From a virus, in the IMG/VR virus record IMGVR_UViG_3300033149_004295, positions 1 to 53,782 of that record: 53,782 nucleotides of DNA, one strand, 5' to 3'. A program made the position numbers and the translations under genes. The notes beneath the pieces are model-generated. The model saw only the letters and a program-made list of their open reading frames with translations, was not told the DNA's origin and made no database searches. Every line of letters begins with the position of its first letter. Position 1 is the stretch's first letter. Positions 17,401 to 27,750 of the stretch are shown piece by piece.

Positions 17401-19005
17401 CTAAGATGAAGATGGTGTACCTGTGGCATAAAGGGTGAAGTTCTTAATACCTTCGTTTGGTTCTCCTGTGCTAGTTTTAATAGGTGCATTTACACGGACG
17501 TATACAGTACCAATTTTTTCGTTCGGAGCAAAAGTCCCATTTAACGGCAGGGGATCTTCGGCTACAAAAGGATCAGAAGTGGCAGAAATTTCTATTGTAT
17601 CATCGGACGGTAGGTTCTGTCTGGTAACAGATACATTCGTTACAGCATTATTGATGCCGTTATAGAGGTCAACTCTAACAGGACTGATAGAAGTTCCGGC
17701 AAGGAGTTGACCAAGGTCTTTCTTACTTATCATAGCCCCTTGTGCGTTAGTAAAGATAAGTGCTTGTGTGGTATTGATAGCCAAAGCGTAAGACATTCCT
17801 GCAGCGATGTTTGTTATACCCCCTAAGTAATCTTCTCCGCCAGGCCCTTTTACCTGAACCAGCGTGGTCCTGCCAGTTGTTGTACCGTCGCCGAGCTGAC
17901 CGTAGCCGTTGTATCCACAGGCCCATACCGTGCCATCAGATTTTAGAGCAAGAGAGAAAGTTTTATAAGTATCATCTGCGTGTGCAGTACCTGCAGCGAT
18001 GGCGATAATATCAGTCAAGTAACCTTCTCCGCCAGGCCCTTTTACCTGAACTGGCGTGACCCTGCCAGTTGTTGTACCGTCGCCGAGCTGACCGTAGCCG
18101 TTGTATCCACAGGCCCACACTGTGCCATCAGATTTTAGAGCTAAAGAATGGCAACCACCCGCAGCAATAGCAATAATATCAGTCAAGTAACCTTCTCCAC
18201 CTGGTCCTTTCATCTGCTTCGGTAAGGTCGTCCAGACTATTCCACTGCCGACACCAAGCTGACCGTAGTTGTGTCCCCAACCCCACACCGTACCGTCAGA
18301 TTTTAGAGCAAGGGAATAGCGTTCACCCGCAGCGATGACGATAACATCAGTCAAGTAACCTTCTCCACCTGGCCCCTTTACCTGAACCGGTAAGTGCCTT
18401 TCCTCTGTTGTACTGTCGCCGAGCTGACCGTAATCGTTACCTCCCCAGGCCAACACCGTACCATCAGACTTCAGAGCAAGAGAGAAACTTTCCCATGGAG
18501 TTGAAGTGCTTGAGTCTGTCCCTGCGGCAATAGCAATAATATCAGTCAAGTAATCTTTTCCATCCGGCCTTTTTACCTGAACCGGTGTAGTTCTATTGAT
18601 CGTTGTACCGTTACCGAGCTGACCACAGCCGTTATATCCCCAGGCCCACACCGTACCATCAGATTTTAGAGCTAAAGAATGATAACCACCAGCAGCAATT
18701 GCAATAATATCAGTCAAGTAACCTTCTCCACCTGGCCCCTTTACCTGAACCGGTGTGAACTTGCCAGTTGTTGTACCGTCGCCGAGCTGACCGTAATCGT
18801 TACCTCCCCAGGCCCACACCGTACCATCAGATTTCAGAGCTAAAGAATGGTTACCACCCGCAGCGATGGCGACAACGTCAGTCAAGTAACCTTCTCCGTC
18901 TGGCCCTTTTACCGGAACCGGCGTAGTTTTATTACCCGTTGTATCGTCGCCAAGCTGACCATAATCATTACGACCCCACGCTAAAAATCTAATAAGTGTA
19001 GACAT
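17401..19005 (-). CDS. RCC1-repeat beta-propeller protein with a C-terminal beta-rich domain; candidate receptor-binding protein
   Basis: Seven or more repeats of [24 protein letters not shown]...[22 protein letters not shown]. The DNA repeats are near-identical. Confidence 0.8.
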   Translation of the reverse strand: MSTLIRFLAWGRNDYGQLGDDTTGNKTTPVPVKGPDGEGYLTDVVAIAAGGNHSLALKSDGTVWAWGGNDYGQLGDGTTTGKFTPVQVKGPGGEGYLTDIIAIAAGGYHSLALKSDGTVWAWGYNGCGQLGNGTTINRTTPVQVKRPDGKDYLTDIIAIAAGTDSSTSTPWESFSLALKSDGTVLAWGGNDYGQLGDSTTEERHLPVQVKGPGGEGYLTDVIVIAAGERYSLALKSDGTVWGWGHNYGQLGVGSGIVWTTLPKQMKGPGGEGYLTDIIAIAAGGCHSLALKSDGTVWACGYNGYGQLGDGTTTGRVTPVQVKGPGGEGYLTDIIAIAAGTAHADDTYKTFSLALKSDGTVWACGYNGYGQLGDGTTTGRTTLVQVKGPGGEDYLGGITNIAAGMSYALAINTTQALIFTNAQGAMISKKDLGQLLAGTSISPVRVDLYNGINNAVTNVSVTRQNLPSDDTIEISATSDPFVAEDPLPLNGTFAPNEKIGTVYVRVNAPIKTSTGEPNEGIKNFTLYATGTPSSS

Positions 19006-19007
19006 CT

Positions 19008-19634
19008 CTAATCACCTACATGAATAACAATCCTATTTGCTGTTCCGGGACGTAAAATTGTGTTAATTGGCGGATACTCCATATCGCCAAATCTGATCCG
19101 TAATATTCCAGTAAATCCATTGGAGCACATAAACCATAAATATACTTTTATTTCCTCTCCAATCTTGGACGGCACGCGAACCACACATTTACTTCGCCAG
19201 TCACCTAATTCTTTATCTCTAGAAGCAGTTGTCCATCCAACGCAATAAGCGTCAATGCCGCTATCTTCCTTTAGTTTACCGTTTCCCGAACTTATACTAC
19301 AGTGAGCCTCTTTGTACTGGACAACGCGGTAAAATACGTCTTGACGACCAGTAATGGGGAAAAGATTGTTATTGAAGTCCTGTAAGGCAAGCTCAAGAGG
19401 TTTGCCGTTGATGCCTATTACTCCATTATCAACTCTAAAACCAACTCGCGTTCCTGACCCTTCTAGCCCAAAGGAAACTATTTGTGAAAGATCTAAAGCG
19501 CGGAACGGGGTTTCTGTCCACTTACCCCATACCCACGAGCCGGTAAAGTCTAGTTCTTTAACTATCCGCCCGTCTGCATACTGAGCCAGCCATCGCAGTT
19601 CCCTGTTCATACATAACTGCCACCCTTTATACAT
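19008..19634 (-). CDS. Hypothetical protein
   Basis: 208-aa ORF overlapping the upstream stop by 8 nt, which suggests translational coupling. Confidence 0.55.
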   Translation of the reverse strand: MYKGWQLCMNRELRWLAQYADGRIVKELDFTGSWVWGKWTETPFRALDLSQIVSFGLEGSGTRVGFRVDNGVIGINGKPLELALQDFNNNLFPITGRQDVFYRVVQYKEAHCSISSGNGKLKEDSGIDAYCVGWTTASRDKELGDWRSKCVVRVPSKIGEEIKVYLWFMCSNGFTGILRIRFGDMEYPPINTILRPGTANRIVIHVGD

Positions 19635-20085
19635 ATTGGTAACTAACTCTGGTTAACCAATTGCGCTCTCCCGCCGTAGCGGTGCTCGGTGGTGCCCACC
19701 GGAGGGTCAAGAGACAGTAATTCGCGTCTGCGTTGGCTAGGGTTCCATCATTGGCGGCACCGGAAATAACTTGGGCAGTAATTCCATTTCCTATTGGGTG
19801 TGTAGTCGTTCCACCGATGGCAGTAAATCCTGTTTCATCTAGTTCGTCAACCTTGACTTCCACCCATTTTTCTGCTACTACGTCACCAGTGTTTCCCCCA
19901 CCGGTATCTTTGGTCGTAATAACGCAGGATTCCATATCCGAGACAGCAGTTCCGCCTCCGCGATTGTTCCAGATTAGAAACTGCGTCTCTGCGCTTACGG
20001 AACCGGCGTCAACTACACCAACGTCCCAGCTTGTCTGCTGGGTATCATTTGTCGAGTTGTACCAACTAACAATAGGTGCTGTCAT
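19627..20085 (-). CDS. Hypothetical beta-sandwich-like protein
   Basis: 152-aa Gly/Thr-rich ORF in the operon. Confidence 0.5.
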   Translation of the reverse strand: MTAPIVSWYNSTNDTQQTSWDVGVVDAGSVSAETQFLIWNNRGGGTAVSDMESCVITTKDTGGGNTGDVVAEKWVEVKVDELDETGFTAIGGTTTHPIGNGITAQVISGAANDGTLANADANYCLLTLRWAPPSTATAGERNWLTRVSYQYV

Positions 20086-20099
20086 TATTAATCACTCCT

Positions 20100-20594
20100 T
20101 TAGATTAGTGTAAAACCGGACTCGGATTCAACAAATTTGAGAACACCGTGGACCTTGATAGCCTCGTTAGGCTTCTTTGGCGTCGGCGTTATCGGCGTTC
20201 TATCAATCATCGTTCCTTCACTATTAAACAAGGCTATTTCGCCAACAAGAATTAGCTCGGTAGAAGGATCGTTTTCTCCCCAAGAGGCTTCAAAGGTGGC
20301 TCTCAGTCGGTCCTCCGCCGGGTCATAGGTAAAGGTTGCGGGTTTTAAGCTGGTAAAGGCCCCCTGTAGTCCCGTCTGATTAGGGTTAAAAGGAGCTGTC
20401 GAACCTTCTCCCCAACCAATACCTAGAGTATCGGCAACCGGTGGTCGGTTTACAGGGTCACCGGCAGACCTGAGCAAAAACTCACAACCGTCATAAGTGA
20501 TTGAACGGTCGCTAACAACCGAACGGACTACTTTACCTGTAGACGGATCTATTATTTCAAGCCGGAAGCTGTAAATTAACTTCACAGTATTCAC
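20100..20594 (-). CDS. Hypothetical protein, possibly related to the N-terminal tail-collar-fibre domain of P2 gpH
   Basis: The pattern LGIGWGEGSTAPFNPNQTGLQ...VGEIALFNSEGTMID resembles the gpH N-terminal pattern (VGDG...P....T.L..E...E.GLyD..G.L). Weak by-eye match. Confidence 0.3.
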   Translation of the reverse strand: MNTVKLIYSFRLEIIDPSTGKVVRSVVSDRSITYDGCEFLLRSAGDPVNRPPVADTLGIGWGEGSTAPFNPNQTGLQGAFTSLKPATFTYDPAEDRLRATFEASWGENDPSTELILVGEIALFNSEGTMIDRTPITPTPKKPNEAIKVHGVLKFVESESGFTLI

Positions 20595-21469
20595 TCCTGG
20601 AACGGCGTAAATATATCTACTCTATTCAAATACTGTCCATCTCTATACCCACCGATTACGAACAGTTTCTCTCCTACAGCAGCGGCATCGAACTGATCGC
20701 GGCCCAAGGGAAGCGGTGCTTTTTGCGTCCATTTTTTGGAGCTGGTGTCGTACTCCTGATGTAGTGTATCATATCCCTGCCCCCCGAGCACGTGGATATA
20801 TCCACCTAAGGCTACAGCTCGCAAACCTTTTTTTCCATTCGGAACAGGCGTTTCTTCTTCCCATATACGGCTAGTTGGGTCATACGATTCATTAAGGTCG
20901 GTCGCTGTCAGTCCTTGACCGCCTAGAGCATAGAGTTTTTTATTTACTTCTATAACGTCTCCCAAATATCTTCCGTTTGGCATATCGGTTTCTGTGATCC
21001 AACTTGGTGAATCTGGATAATAACTGTAGACTTTATTTATTATATTGGTGCCGTCATAACCACCTAACACGAAAAGACGGTTCAAGACAGAAGCGGCCAT
21101 TAAATAAAACCTGCTGGAACCGGGCAAATCTGGAGCCGAACTCCATAAATCAGTGCTCGGATCATAAACTTCGTGCGTAGTAAGAGCACCGCTTTGACCA
21201 TACCCGCCAACTACATGGATTTTTCCCTCAACTACCGCCGCCGCCATTGAATCCCTGGCAGTTGGCATCGGTGAAAGACTTATCCATGTGTTCCCGGATG
21301 GATCGTAAGCCTCGTTTGCATTAAGCCAGTTAACGCCGTCGAAACCCCCAATACAGTATATAAGCCCATTTAGGGAAACTGCTACGTGCCCAGAACGGGG
21401 GGTAGGCATTGGTTCACCCTGGAACCACCGTCCGTATAAGCTGATACCAGCAGTACGAAGAAAAGGCAC
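20591..21469 (-). CDS. Kelch-repeat beta-propeller protein
   Basis: Six repeats of the form PxPR...A..L.G.IYxxGGyDG...N..E.YDP..N.W. Confidence 0.8.
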   Translation of the reverse strand: MPFLRTAGISLYGRWFQGEPMPTPRSGHVAVSLNGLIYCIGGFDGVNWLNANEAYDPSGNTWISLSPMPTARDSMAAAVVEGKIHVVGGYGQSGALTTHEVYDPSTDLWSSAPDLPGSSRFYLMAASVLNRLFVLGGYDGTNIINKVYSYYPDSPSWITETDMPNGRYLGDVIEVNKKLYALGGQGLTATDLNESYDPTSRIWEEETPVPNGKKGLRAVALGGYIHVLGGQGYDTLHQEYDTSSKKWTQKAPLPLGRDQFDAAAVGEKLFVIGGYRDGQYLNRVDIFTPFQE

Positions 21470-21530
21470 TTAATATACCTCCACTTACACTACTTTTTCT
21501 AATCAACGACCTTGGACGCCAAAGAACATA

Positions 21531-21710
21531 CTATTCTTCCTTTTCTACTATACATCTTCCGAAGGTTCCCTCTCGTGGCTCTTTGACAGTCATCAGCCAA
21601 CACTGAGAAATACCAGCCCACGATCCCTGCTTTGTTCTGTATTCCCTTTTTTTGTTATCCCTATCGACTAGGAGAAGCACCTGGTGAGTTTTGCATTTAT
21701 ATTTCTCCAT
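21531..21710 (-). CDS. Hypothetical small protein
   Basis: The start was moved to the internal ATG at 21710, which overlaps the upstream TAA by one base (TAATG coupling). The track ORF extends to 21833. Confidence 0.4.
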   Translation of the reverse strand: MEKYKCKTHQVLLLVDRDNKKREYRTKQGSWAGISQCWLMTVKEPREGTFGRCIVEKEE

Positions 21711-22495
21711 TATAGCTTCAAGCCTCCCATCTTGGCTGAGATGGCGTTCAACTTTTTCATACCGTAGTCCAGTATCGGCTTGTACCAGTCCTCGTATATA
21801 GTACTCTGAAGCAATGCCGGCTGAACTTTGCAAGTAATCAGTGTGTCTACATCAGAATTGTTGGTAAATATAAGCTTCACATTATTTCTCTTAATGTAAT
21901 ACTGCCCGAAGTCTATTGTCGTTTCATCGGTCAAGGGAATACTGCTTGCAGTAACCCTCTGCTTGTCGTTGTCAACATATACATCAATAGTTACGTCCTG
22001 GCTATAGTTATCGGAAACTATTACCAGGGGTCTTTTTCTCGTATCCACAAAGTTTTGCGGTACGTTGAGCGTAATAGTGACCGATTGTCCTACAGGTACA
22101 AGGGTTACAACCTGGTAATATGGGAATAGAGTATCACCAGTTCTTGCAGCGGACTGTATGGCATCATTTAGATCATCGGGACTGATAAAGGTTGGCAAAA
22201 CTTCTTTTTCATATACTTCACCAACCTCACCTATACTAGAAAGTGCTTCTATAATGCTGTCTAATTGTAACCTTATTTGATGCAACAAAGTGCTTGTATC
22301 TTGAGATATTTCATAGAGTATATTAACAATTCTATTTAATGCCTCCAGCTCATCTTCAATTGGTGGTAGAGGTGTTGGTTCTTCTTCCGGCGGCGCGGCA
22401 CTAGCTCGTTGCGCTGCCCACAACAACCCGCCGGCGGCCAAACCAGCACCTACAAGCGGAATAGCTTTACTTTTCTTTTTCTCGTCTTTAGCCAT
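21710..22495 (-). CDS. N-terminally anchored hypothetical protein
   Basis: TM helix IPLVGAGLAAGGLLWAA followed by a PPEEEPTPLPP linker; 261 aa. Confidence 0.55.
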   Translation of the reverse strand: MAKDEKKKSKAIPLVGAGLAAGGLLWAAQRASAAPPEEEPTPLPPIEDELEALNRIVNILYEISQDTSTLLHQIRLQLDSIIEALSSIGEVGEVYEKEVLPTFISPDDLNDAIQSAARTGDTLFPYYQVVTLVPVGQSVTITLNVPQNFVDTRKRPLVIVSDNYSQDVTIDVYVDNDKQRVTASSIPLTDETTIDFGQYYIKRNNVKLIFTNNSDVDTLITCKVQPALLQSTIYEDWYKPILDYGMKKLNAISAKMGGLKL

Positions 22496-22498
22496 GAT

Positions 22499-23413
22499 TT
22501 ATAATACACCCCCCATGACTTTTTTCCACAAGTCGCCGGGGGCCTCGCTTTCGCCGATCAATCCAAAACGGACCCTTATTATGTTCGTCAACTTACAAAC
22601 CAGCACGGTGAATTTAACGTCAAAATTTGACACGTCCTCCGAAGCTACAGCTTTTACCACAATTTCGTTCAGTGCCGGCACAAAAGCTTTGACTTCTCTT
22701 GTCCTGGTCAAAGGATACGTCTTTAAGTCTATATAATCCACATCATTGTCCCTGTTTACTTTTACTTCTATATTGTTTGCCGGAGTCCCAGCCATAGCTG
22801 ATATTCCGGTAAGCACGAGGAAAGTGTCTCTATCAGGCGGGACAACATTGGCTAAAACGGAAGTTTCGCCGGCAATCAGATCGGTCCTGTAAGTATACGT
22901 TGCTTCGTGAATTACCTGATATTCGCGTGCAACCTGATAGGATAGCGGAAGGGGAAGTATACCTTTTTGTACTGACTCTTCAATATTCAAGTCGCGCGCT
23001 ATAATTTGCTCCCTGTCGCTCAGCTTAATGCCGTGCTTTATTTTGTGCGCTACAGTCGGTGACTGGACCCACAGGCCGTAGTAAAGCTGTACGTTCGATT
23101 TTTGGCTGCCGCTGCTATTGTAGATATTGAAGTATAGATTGTTCTTAGCAGAATAAAAACCGTCAGTCGTGTCAATGTCTCTAGCTGCTGCCGTAGTATA
23201 AAGCTGGAAACTATCTGCTCTTACTCGGGTTTCCAGTTCTGCATCTTGTACTGTACCTATGTTGGTAAGATGTACAATAGCAGGACTAACTCTTCTTAAA
23301 TCAAGAAAAGGCGGGCTTGCTTCTGCGCCCGCCGCAATATCATTAAACTGCGCATCAGGTATAAGCTCGGGAAACAACCGAGCTTTCCTGACGGTAGCGA
23401 TAGTTATCGGCAT
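22499..23413 (-). CDS. Hypothetical structural-module protein
   Basis: 304-aa beta-rich ORF; no family recognised. Confidence 0.5.
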   Translation of the reverse strand: MPITIATVRKARLFPELIPDAQFNDIAAGAEASPPFLDLRRVSPAIVHLTNIGTVQDAELETRVRADSFQLYTTAAARDIDTTDGFYSAKNNLYFNIYNSSGSQKSNVQLYYGLWVQSPTVAHKIKHGIKLSDREQIIARDLNIEESVQKGILPLPLSYQVAREYQVIHEATYTYRTDLIAGETSVLANVVPPDRDTFLVLTGISAMAGTPANNIEVKVNRDNDVDYIDLKTYPLTRTREVKAFVPALNEIVVKAVASEDVSNFDVKFTVLVCKLTNIIRVRFGLIGESEAPGDLWKKVMGGVL

Positions 23414-23502
23414 AGGGCAAGCCTCCCTGGATTATTTTATTTACCTGGATTATTTTATTTATTTGTATGAAAATAATTAAGTTTACTAATTATACTACTT
23501 TC

Positions 23503-23922
23503 TTATGCTACTTTCGGCCTGGCACCAACAGGTGCATAGGTAAGTCTTACTATATCGCCGTCTGCGACATTAGCATCAAGCGTTATTGTATTCTCATCAA
23601 CTTTGGTTGCAGTAGCACTGGTGGCACTAACACCTGCATCTGTACTGCTCTGTACGCCGAAGTCACTACCACCGCCAGCAGCGGCAATATCTATGTCAGC
23701 ACCGCCGTCGGGCGGATCATTGCCTGCACCGTCAGCTACCCCAACAAAAGTTGTCTGATCTCCCGCAGTTTCAGAATTTAATACATTAAATGAAGTGTGG
23801 CTATGTTCAACACCCAATATTTCGGCAGATATTATCGCGTCAATTTCTGGAGCATAGTCTGGCAGGTCTATATTTTCACCAGCGGTGACAGCACCTGGCA
23901 CCCAAAGAATAGTATGTTTCAT
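23503..23922 (-). CDS. Hypothetical Gly/Ala/Asp-rich protein
   Basis: 139-aa ORF with an AGGAGG RBS upstream of the ATG. Confidence 0.5.
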   Translation of the reverse strand: MKHTILWVPGAVTAGENIDLPDYAPEIDAIISAEILGVEHSHTSFNVLNSETAGDQTTFVGVADGAGNDPPDGGADIDIAAAGGGSDFGVQSSTDAGVSATSATATKVDENTITLDANVADGDIVRLTYAPVGARPKVA

Positions 23923-23958
23923 ACCGCAATCCTCCTTTTCTTTAGCTTACCGTTTACA

Positions 23959-25020
23959 TTAATCTGCCATTTCGATAATCGTACCGTTAATGGCTACGAT
24001 AATATCTCCGGCAGCTACCTGACTTCCATTGTCAACACAGGCGATATATCCGATCTCGTTCCAAATAAGATAAGGCTTATCCAGCTTAGGAATTGGGTAA
24101 TATAGGTTCGGGTAAAAGTTTTCTGACAGGATTGGATGAACATTACCAAAATGTATAGGGTTGAGGTACTGCGTAGTCGGGAACCTGCCGTCTGGATGTT
24201 CTTCACCATTAATGCTGATAAATGTTTCGGCCAGATTAGCAGGTGCCCTAACACCTAGTCCTTTAAGCACCAGGGCGTTTTTGTATCTGTCGTAATCGAA
24301 CCTCAAGTTTTCATCTTCGCTATTTACGTTGCCTATGTCGTACCTGAATTCATAAGGAATATTTACGGTAGTGGCATTAGCATTAAAGGCATACCTAATC
24401 AGCGGATTGATTTTGGGCATTGCCTGGTCGAGTCCACCAGGTAATTGAGTCCACCCTTCTTTAGTGAGAGATACTGGGGTCTTGTATATGCTTAAAGTAC
24501 GTCCACGCCTCTTATCTTCAATATTTATTGCGCCGCCAAGCATTGGCGCAACTGCGGACGCAAGCTGGTCAACCTTATACCTGTAACCCCACAACCTGAC
24601 TCTAAAGCTTTCTGTTATTCCTCCAGTACCGGCGGTAACTTCGATTTTTAGGTCATTTTTGTATTTTGGACAAGTGCCTTCATACAACGGCGCAGCCATT
24701 TTTGCGGCATTTACCATAGGCACTCCAAGTGCTACTAGATTTCCGAAAATGTTGGTTTTTGGAGGGGCCATTAAGTAAGTTTGTGTTCCGTTAATGTTGA
24801 TATAAGGGTGTTTCTTTCCGTCGAGTATAAGATTGATAGACTCCAAAAGTTCAGCAGTACCATCAGCCTTGACAGGAGGCACTACCTCAAGATAGACAAC
24901 CTCCGCAACTTCATCAGCTTCAAGTTCGGTCTTTCCGGTCTGCGCGGTTGGACGCCATACGTTACCGGCAGCCAAACTTCCAGTGTGGAGAAAATCGCCA
25001 AGAACTTGCAATTCAAACAA
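23959..25020 (-). CDS. Hypothetical protein; candidate major capsid or coat protein by size and position only
   Basis: 353-aa beta-rich ORF with an AAGGAGG RBS, first in a run of membrane-protein genes. No HK97-like signature recognised by eye. Confidence 0.3.
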   Translation of the reverse strand: MFELQVLGDFLHTGSLAAGNVWRPTAQTGKTELEADEVAEVVYLEVVPPVKADGTAELLESINLILDGKKHPYININGTQTYLMAPPKTNIFGNLVALGVPMVNAAKMAAPLYEGTCPKYKNDLKIEVTAGTGGITESFRVRLWGYRYKVDQLASAVAPMLGGAINIEDKRRGRTLSIYKTPVSLTKEGWTQLPGGLDQAMPKINPLIRYAFNANATTVNIPYEFRYDIGNVNSEDENLRFDYDRYKNALVLKGLGVRAPANLAETFISINGEEHPDGRFPTTQYLNPIHFGNVHPILSENFYPNLYYPIPKLDKPYLIWNEIGYIACVDNGSQVAAGDIIVAINGTIIEMAD

Positions 25021-25083
25021 TTTTAAAACCTCCTTTTATCCGGTTCTTTGTGGTCATCCGGTCCAGGAGTTCCGGATCTAGTT

Positions 25084-25449
25084 TCAGATTTCAACTACAC
25101 TTACACCTTGACTTTTAGGCTGAATCTGCGGCACCGGCCTTCTAGTTGGTATTGGTGTCCTGTAAGACGTTGGAGTAAGTCCTACTCCGAGCATTTCCGG
25201 CACTTTGGCGGCCATGTACGCTGCGGCACCATTCATAGCACCACGGGCGACATCAGCGCATGTGCCAGTCATTTGGTTAGCTGCCATAAAACCAAACAGT
25301 CCGGCAGCTCCGGCGATCGCGCAATCAGTAAATTGTCCGCCAAACCTTCGCTTTGCCCATGCACTAATAAAGCCAGTTCCAGCAGCACCAGCAACGCTAT
25401 AGATCTCGTTAGCCATTGCGAGGCTCACCTCCTTATGAATAGTATACAC
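25084..25449 (-). CDS. Gly/Ala-rich membrane protein (glycine-zipper-like)
   Basis: AGAAGTGFISAW...AIAGAAGLFGFMAAN...GAMNGAAAYMAA hydrophobic Gly/Ala segments. Confidence 0.5.
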   Translation of the reverse strand: MYTIHKEVSLAMANEIYSVAGAAGTGFISAWAKRRFGGQFTDCAIAGAAGLFGFMAANQMTGTCADVARGAMNGAAAYMAAKVPEMLGVGLTPTSYRTPIPTRRPVPQIQPKSQGVSVVEI

Positions 25450-25513
25450 ATATAATTGAATATAGTCAATTGATGGGTAAAATAATAACGCTTTAGCAGC
25501 AATTAATCAAAAT

Positions 25514-25789
25514 TTATATTGTTTTCATGGCAGCTTTATAGGCTATAGACTCTTGTGGTTCAAGCGCAGATGTTTTTAAAATATATGCTCCTATAGCACC
25601 ACCTGTTAGTGCAACTGTTAACGCAAGCAGCAGAGAAGAGAGCGGTATATCTTTTCGCGCGACTGATTCTGAGATAAGCAGAGCACCGGCAGCTACACTT
25701 ACACCGGCAAAATTATTATATGCTGTAAGTGCTGTAGTAGACGGAAGGACAGAAGGTACAACAGGTATAGCAGTAATACCGTTAGCCAT
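25514..25789 (-). CDS. Small membrane protein
   Basis: 91 aa with two hydrophobic segments. Overlaps the upstream gene by 8 nt. Confidence 0.5.
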   Translation of the reverse strand: MANGITAIPVVPSVLPSTTALTAYNNFAGVSVAAGALLISESVARKDIPLSSLLLALTVALTGGAIGAYILKTSALEPQESIAYKAAMKTI

Positions 25790-26612
25790 ATATTATCCCT
25801 CCAATACTTTTGTAGAAGGTATTAAGTGAAGCAAACTTATAAGCCTCGCGTTCCTTATCGAAAGAGATTTTTTCTATGCTGTCAACTTCAATAACATTAA
25901 TATCGTTAAACCTTAAAATTGGCACATAAGGCAAGTTTTCAGTAACAATAAGCTTATCTTCGACTAGCTGGTCCGAGGTTGTTTCTAATACGATATTTCC
26001 TTTTTGCGGGTGGTTCACTGTTACCCAGGCATGTCCTATACCATCAAAATAGCCTATTGTTACAAATACTTCATTGTGAGAAAGCCTGTTTCTGAGTATT
26101 GAAGCAAGAAGTATAGAAGTATCCTCGCAATCCCCAACTCTATCTCTTAATGTCTCGGATGGGTAGGACCAAAAATCGAATGTTTCGTACCTCAGTAGCG
26201 ACGAATTGCCGTATCTGGCACCGCCGGAAAAGAGGGACATTATTAACGACGCTAGTCCTTGTCCAATAAAAGTATCTCTAACAATAAGGCCAATATTTTT
26301 TATACTGGCCCCACTGACAAATTCCCTTACCATTCCGGCCAATCCAGTACCTATTATTGTGCTTGTTATAAGCGGAGAAATTTTACTTCCGGAGTTAAAT
26401 GCCTCTTTATAGTGTCTGTCAGCAATTTCCGGCTGCCCCGGCGGGTATATTATATTCTCAGTAACCCATTTCCATGAGCTTTTTATAAATTCGTTTCTAT
26501 TAGCCGGCATTTGCGAAGCTATTTCCATTACACCTATATTGTTTGGTCTTATAAATTCGCGTATATCTATCTTTTCGTCTCCGAAGCGTTTTTTAACCAC
26601 ATAAGAAATCAT
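25782..26612 (-). CDS. Transglutaminase-like cysteine protease-fold protein
   Basis: RVGDCEDTSILLASILR...GHAWVTV supplies the Cys and His of the transglutaminase-core triad. Confidence 0.65.
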   Translation of the reverse strand: MISYVVKKRFGDEKIDIREFIRPNNIGVMEIASQMPANRNEFIKSSWKWVTENIIYPPGQPEIADRHYKEAFNSGSKISPLITSTIIGTGLAGMVREFVSGASIKNIGLIVRDTFIGQGLASLIMSLFSGGARYGNSSLLRYETFDFWSYPSETLRDRVGDCEDTSILLASILRNRLSHNEVFVTIGYFDGIGHAWVTVNHPQKGNIVLETTSDQLVEDKLIVTENLPYVPILRFNDINVIEVDSIEKISFDKEREAYKFASLNTFYKSIGGIIYG

Positions 26613-26617
26613 CTTGT

Positions 26618-27085
26618 TCAGCCACCCGTTTTTCTAAGGATAGCATATATTCCGGCAATTAATAGTCCTAGCACTATAAAACTAGCAGCTTCCGGATATT
26701 TTGCCATGAATGTCTCCGTAACTTTATATAACTTCCAAAAAAGAAGAAATGCTAAGACGGCAATTCCAAGCCCTATAACAATATAGAATACTCTAAGCGT
26801 CCATGGATTACCATGTTTCCATCTAACGCACCAAGTGGCAGTGCTTTTATCAGTATAGACAAGTCTATCATTTCCGGGCCATTTTTTAACGCCGGTTGCT
26901 TCAAGAATACTATTAAGGCTATTAGCTTGATTTTCAAACCCTGGAAAAACCGTGCTAAATTCAAGCCTAAGTTCTACAAGATCCGAAGCCTCCAAAGTCT
27001 CGTCAATTTGTCTAAAAGAATTATAAGAATTTAAAAGGGATTCAGACCTGTTTCCTTCAAGAAGCAACTCGTATTTATACGGCAT
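26618..27085 (-). CDS. Membrane protein (two C-terminal TM helices)
   Basis: VFYIVIGLGIAVLAFLLFW and ASFIVLGLLIAGIYAIL. Confidence 0.5.
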   Translation of the reverse strand: MPYKYELLLEGNRSESLLNSYNSFRQIDETLEASDLVELRLEFSTVFPGFENQANSLNSILEATGVKKWPGNDRLVYTDKSTATWCVRWKHGNPWTLRVFYIVIGLGIAVLAFLLFWKLYKVTETFMAKYPEAASFIVLGLLIAGIYAILRKTGG

Positions 27086-27097
27086 AGGAATACTCCT

Positions 27098-27529
27098 TTA
27101 AGCTACTACGCTATATACCACGTCAATAATCTCTGCCCTTCCCGGTTCAAGAGTATAGAATTGGTGCTGTATAACCTCTAAGTCGTCTTTTGTAAGCCTT
27201 TGGCCTGTTTCCGGTACCATAACTACCCATTTGACATTAAATAACTTTCCAGCCGGATACATGGTTCGATCCCCGTTGGCCCATAATTCAGAATATAGCT
27301 CTAGGGTTACTTGCTTTCCTGGATTCACCGTAATTTCGTTCCATTCAAGTCCGGAAGGTGCAGGATTAGCACCGCTATATCCTGTAGTAGGATAGAAGAA
27401 ACTTACAGGTAATCCGCTGATAGGGTCGAAAATTGAACCTCTTACTCTAAAAGTACCAGCCATATCACCAATATTAGCAACAGTAACTGTAGCTTTTACA
27501 AACTGTCCGGCATTAACAACAACAGCCAT
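27098..27529 (-). CDS. Beta-sandwich (CARDB-like) protein; N-terminal domain paralogous to that of 27751-28716
   Basis: VKATVTVANIGDMAGTFRVRG resembles RAIIEVENTGGEPVDFSVSG in the neighbouring protein. Confidence 0.45.
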   Translation of the reverse strand: MAVVVNAGQFVKATVTVANIGDMAGTFRVRGSIFDPISGLPVSFFYPTTGYSGANPAPSGLEWNEITVNPGKQVTLELYSELWANGDRTMYPAGKLFNVKWVVMVPETGQRLTKDDLEVIQHQFYTLEPGRAEIIDVVYSVVA

Positions 27530-27546
27530 CTTTATACCTCCTTAAA

Positions 27547-27735
27547 TTAACTCATAACTGAATAGTTTACACTTACTATACTAGCTTGAGGCACTTCTTT
27601 CGGTGGCGCGGCAAACGCTCTTGAAGCAAGAAGTAATGCACCGCCTCCGCCGATAATTACTATCAACGGCAGAAATAGACCACGACGCTCTTCTCTTTTT
27701 TCTTCATTTGTTCTTTTTTTAGGCATAAGTTCCAC
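27547..27735 (-). CDS. Small single-pass membrane protein
   Basis: LFLPLIVIIGGGGALLLASRAFA transmembrane helix; 62 aa. Confidence 0.45.
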   Translation of the reverse strand: MELMPKKRTNEEKREERRGLFLPLIVIIGGGGALLLASRAFAAPPKEVPQASIVSVNYSVMS

Positions 27736-27750
27736 TCCTAATTACTTATT

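Noticed and set aside
17401-19005. Diversity-generating retroelement targeting the repeat-rich receptor-binding genes
   Set aside because: I found no reverse transcriptase ORF and no template/variable repeat pair with adenine-specific differences anywhere in the closed genome. The DNA repeats are intragenic blade repeats.
23426-23461. Tandem 18-bp duplication cctggattattttattta x2 as a regulatory repeat
   Set aside because: There are only two copies, in an AT-rich gap between two late genes, with no associated palindrome or promoter. It is most simply a slippage duplication and is noted for completeness.
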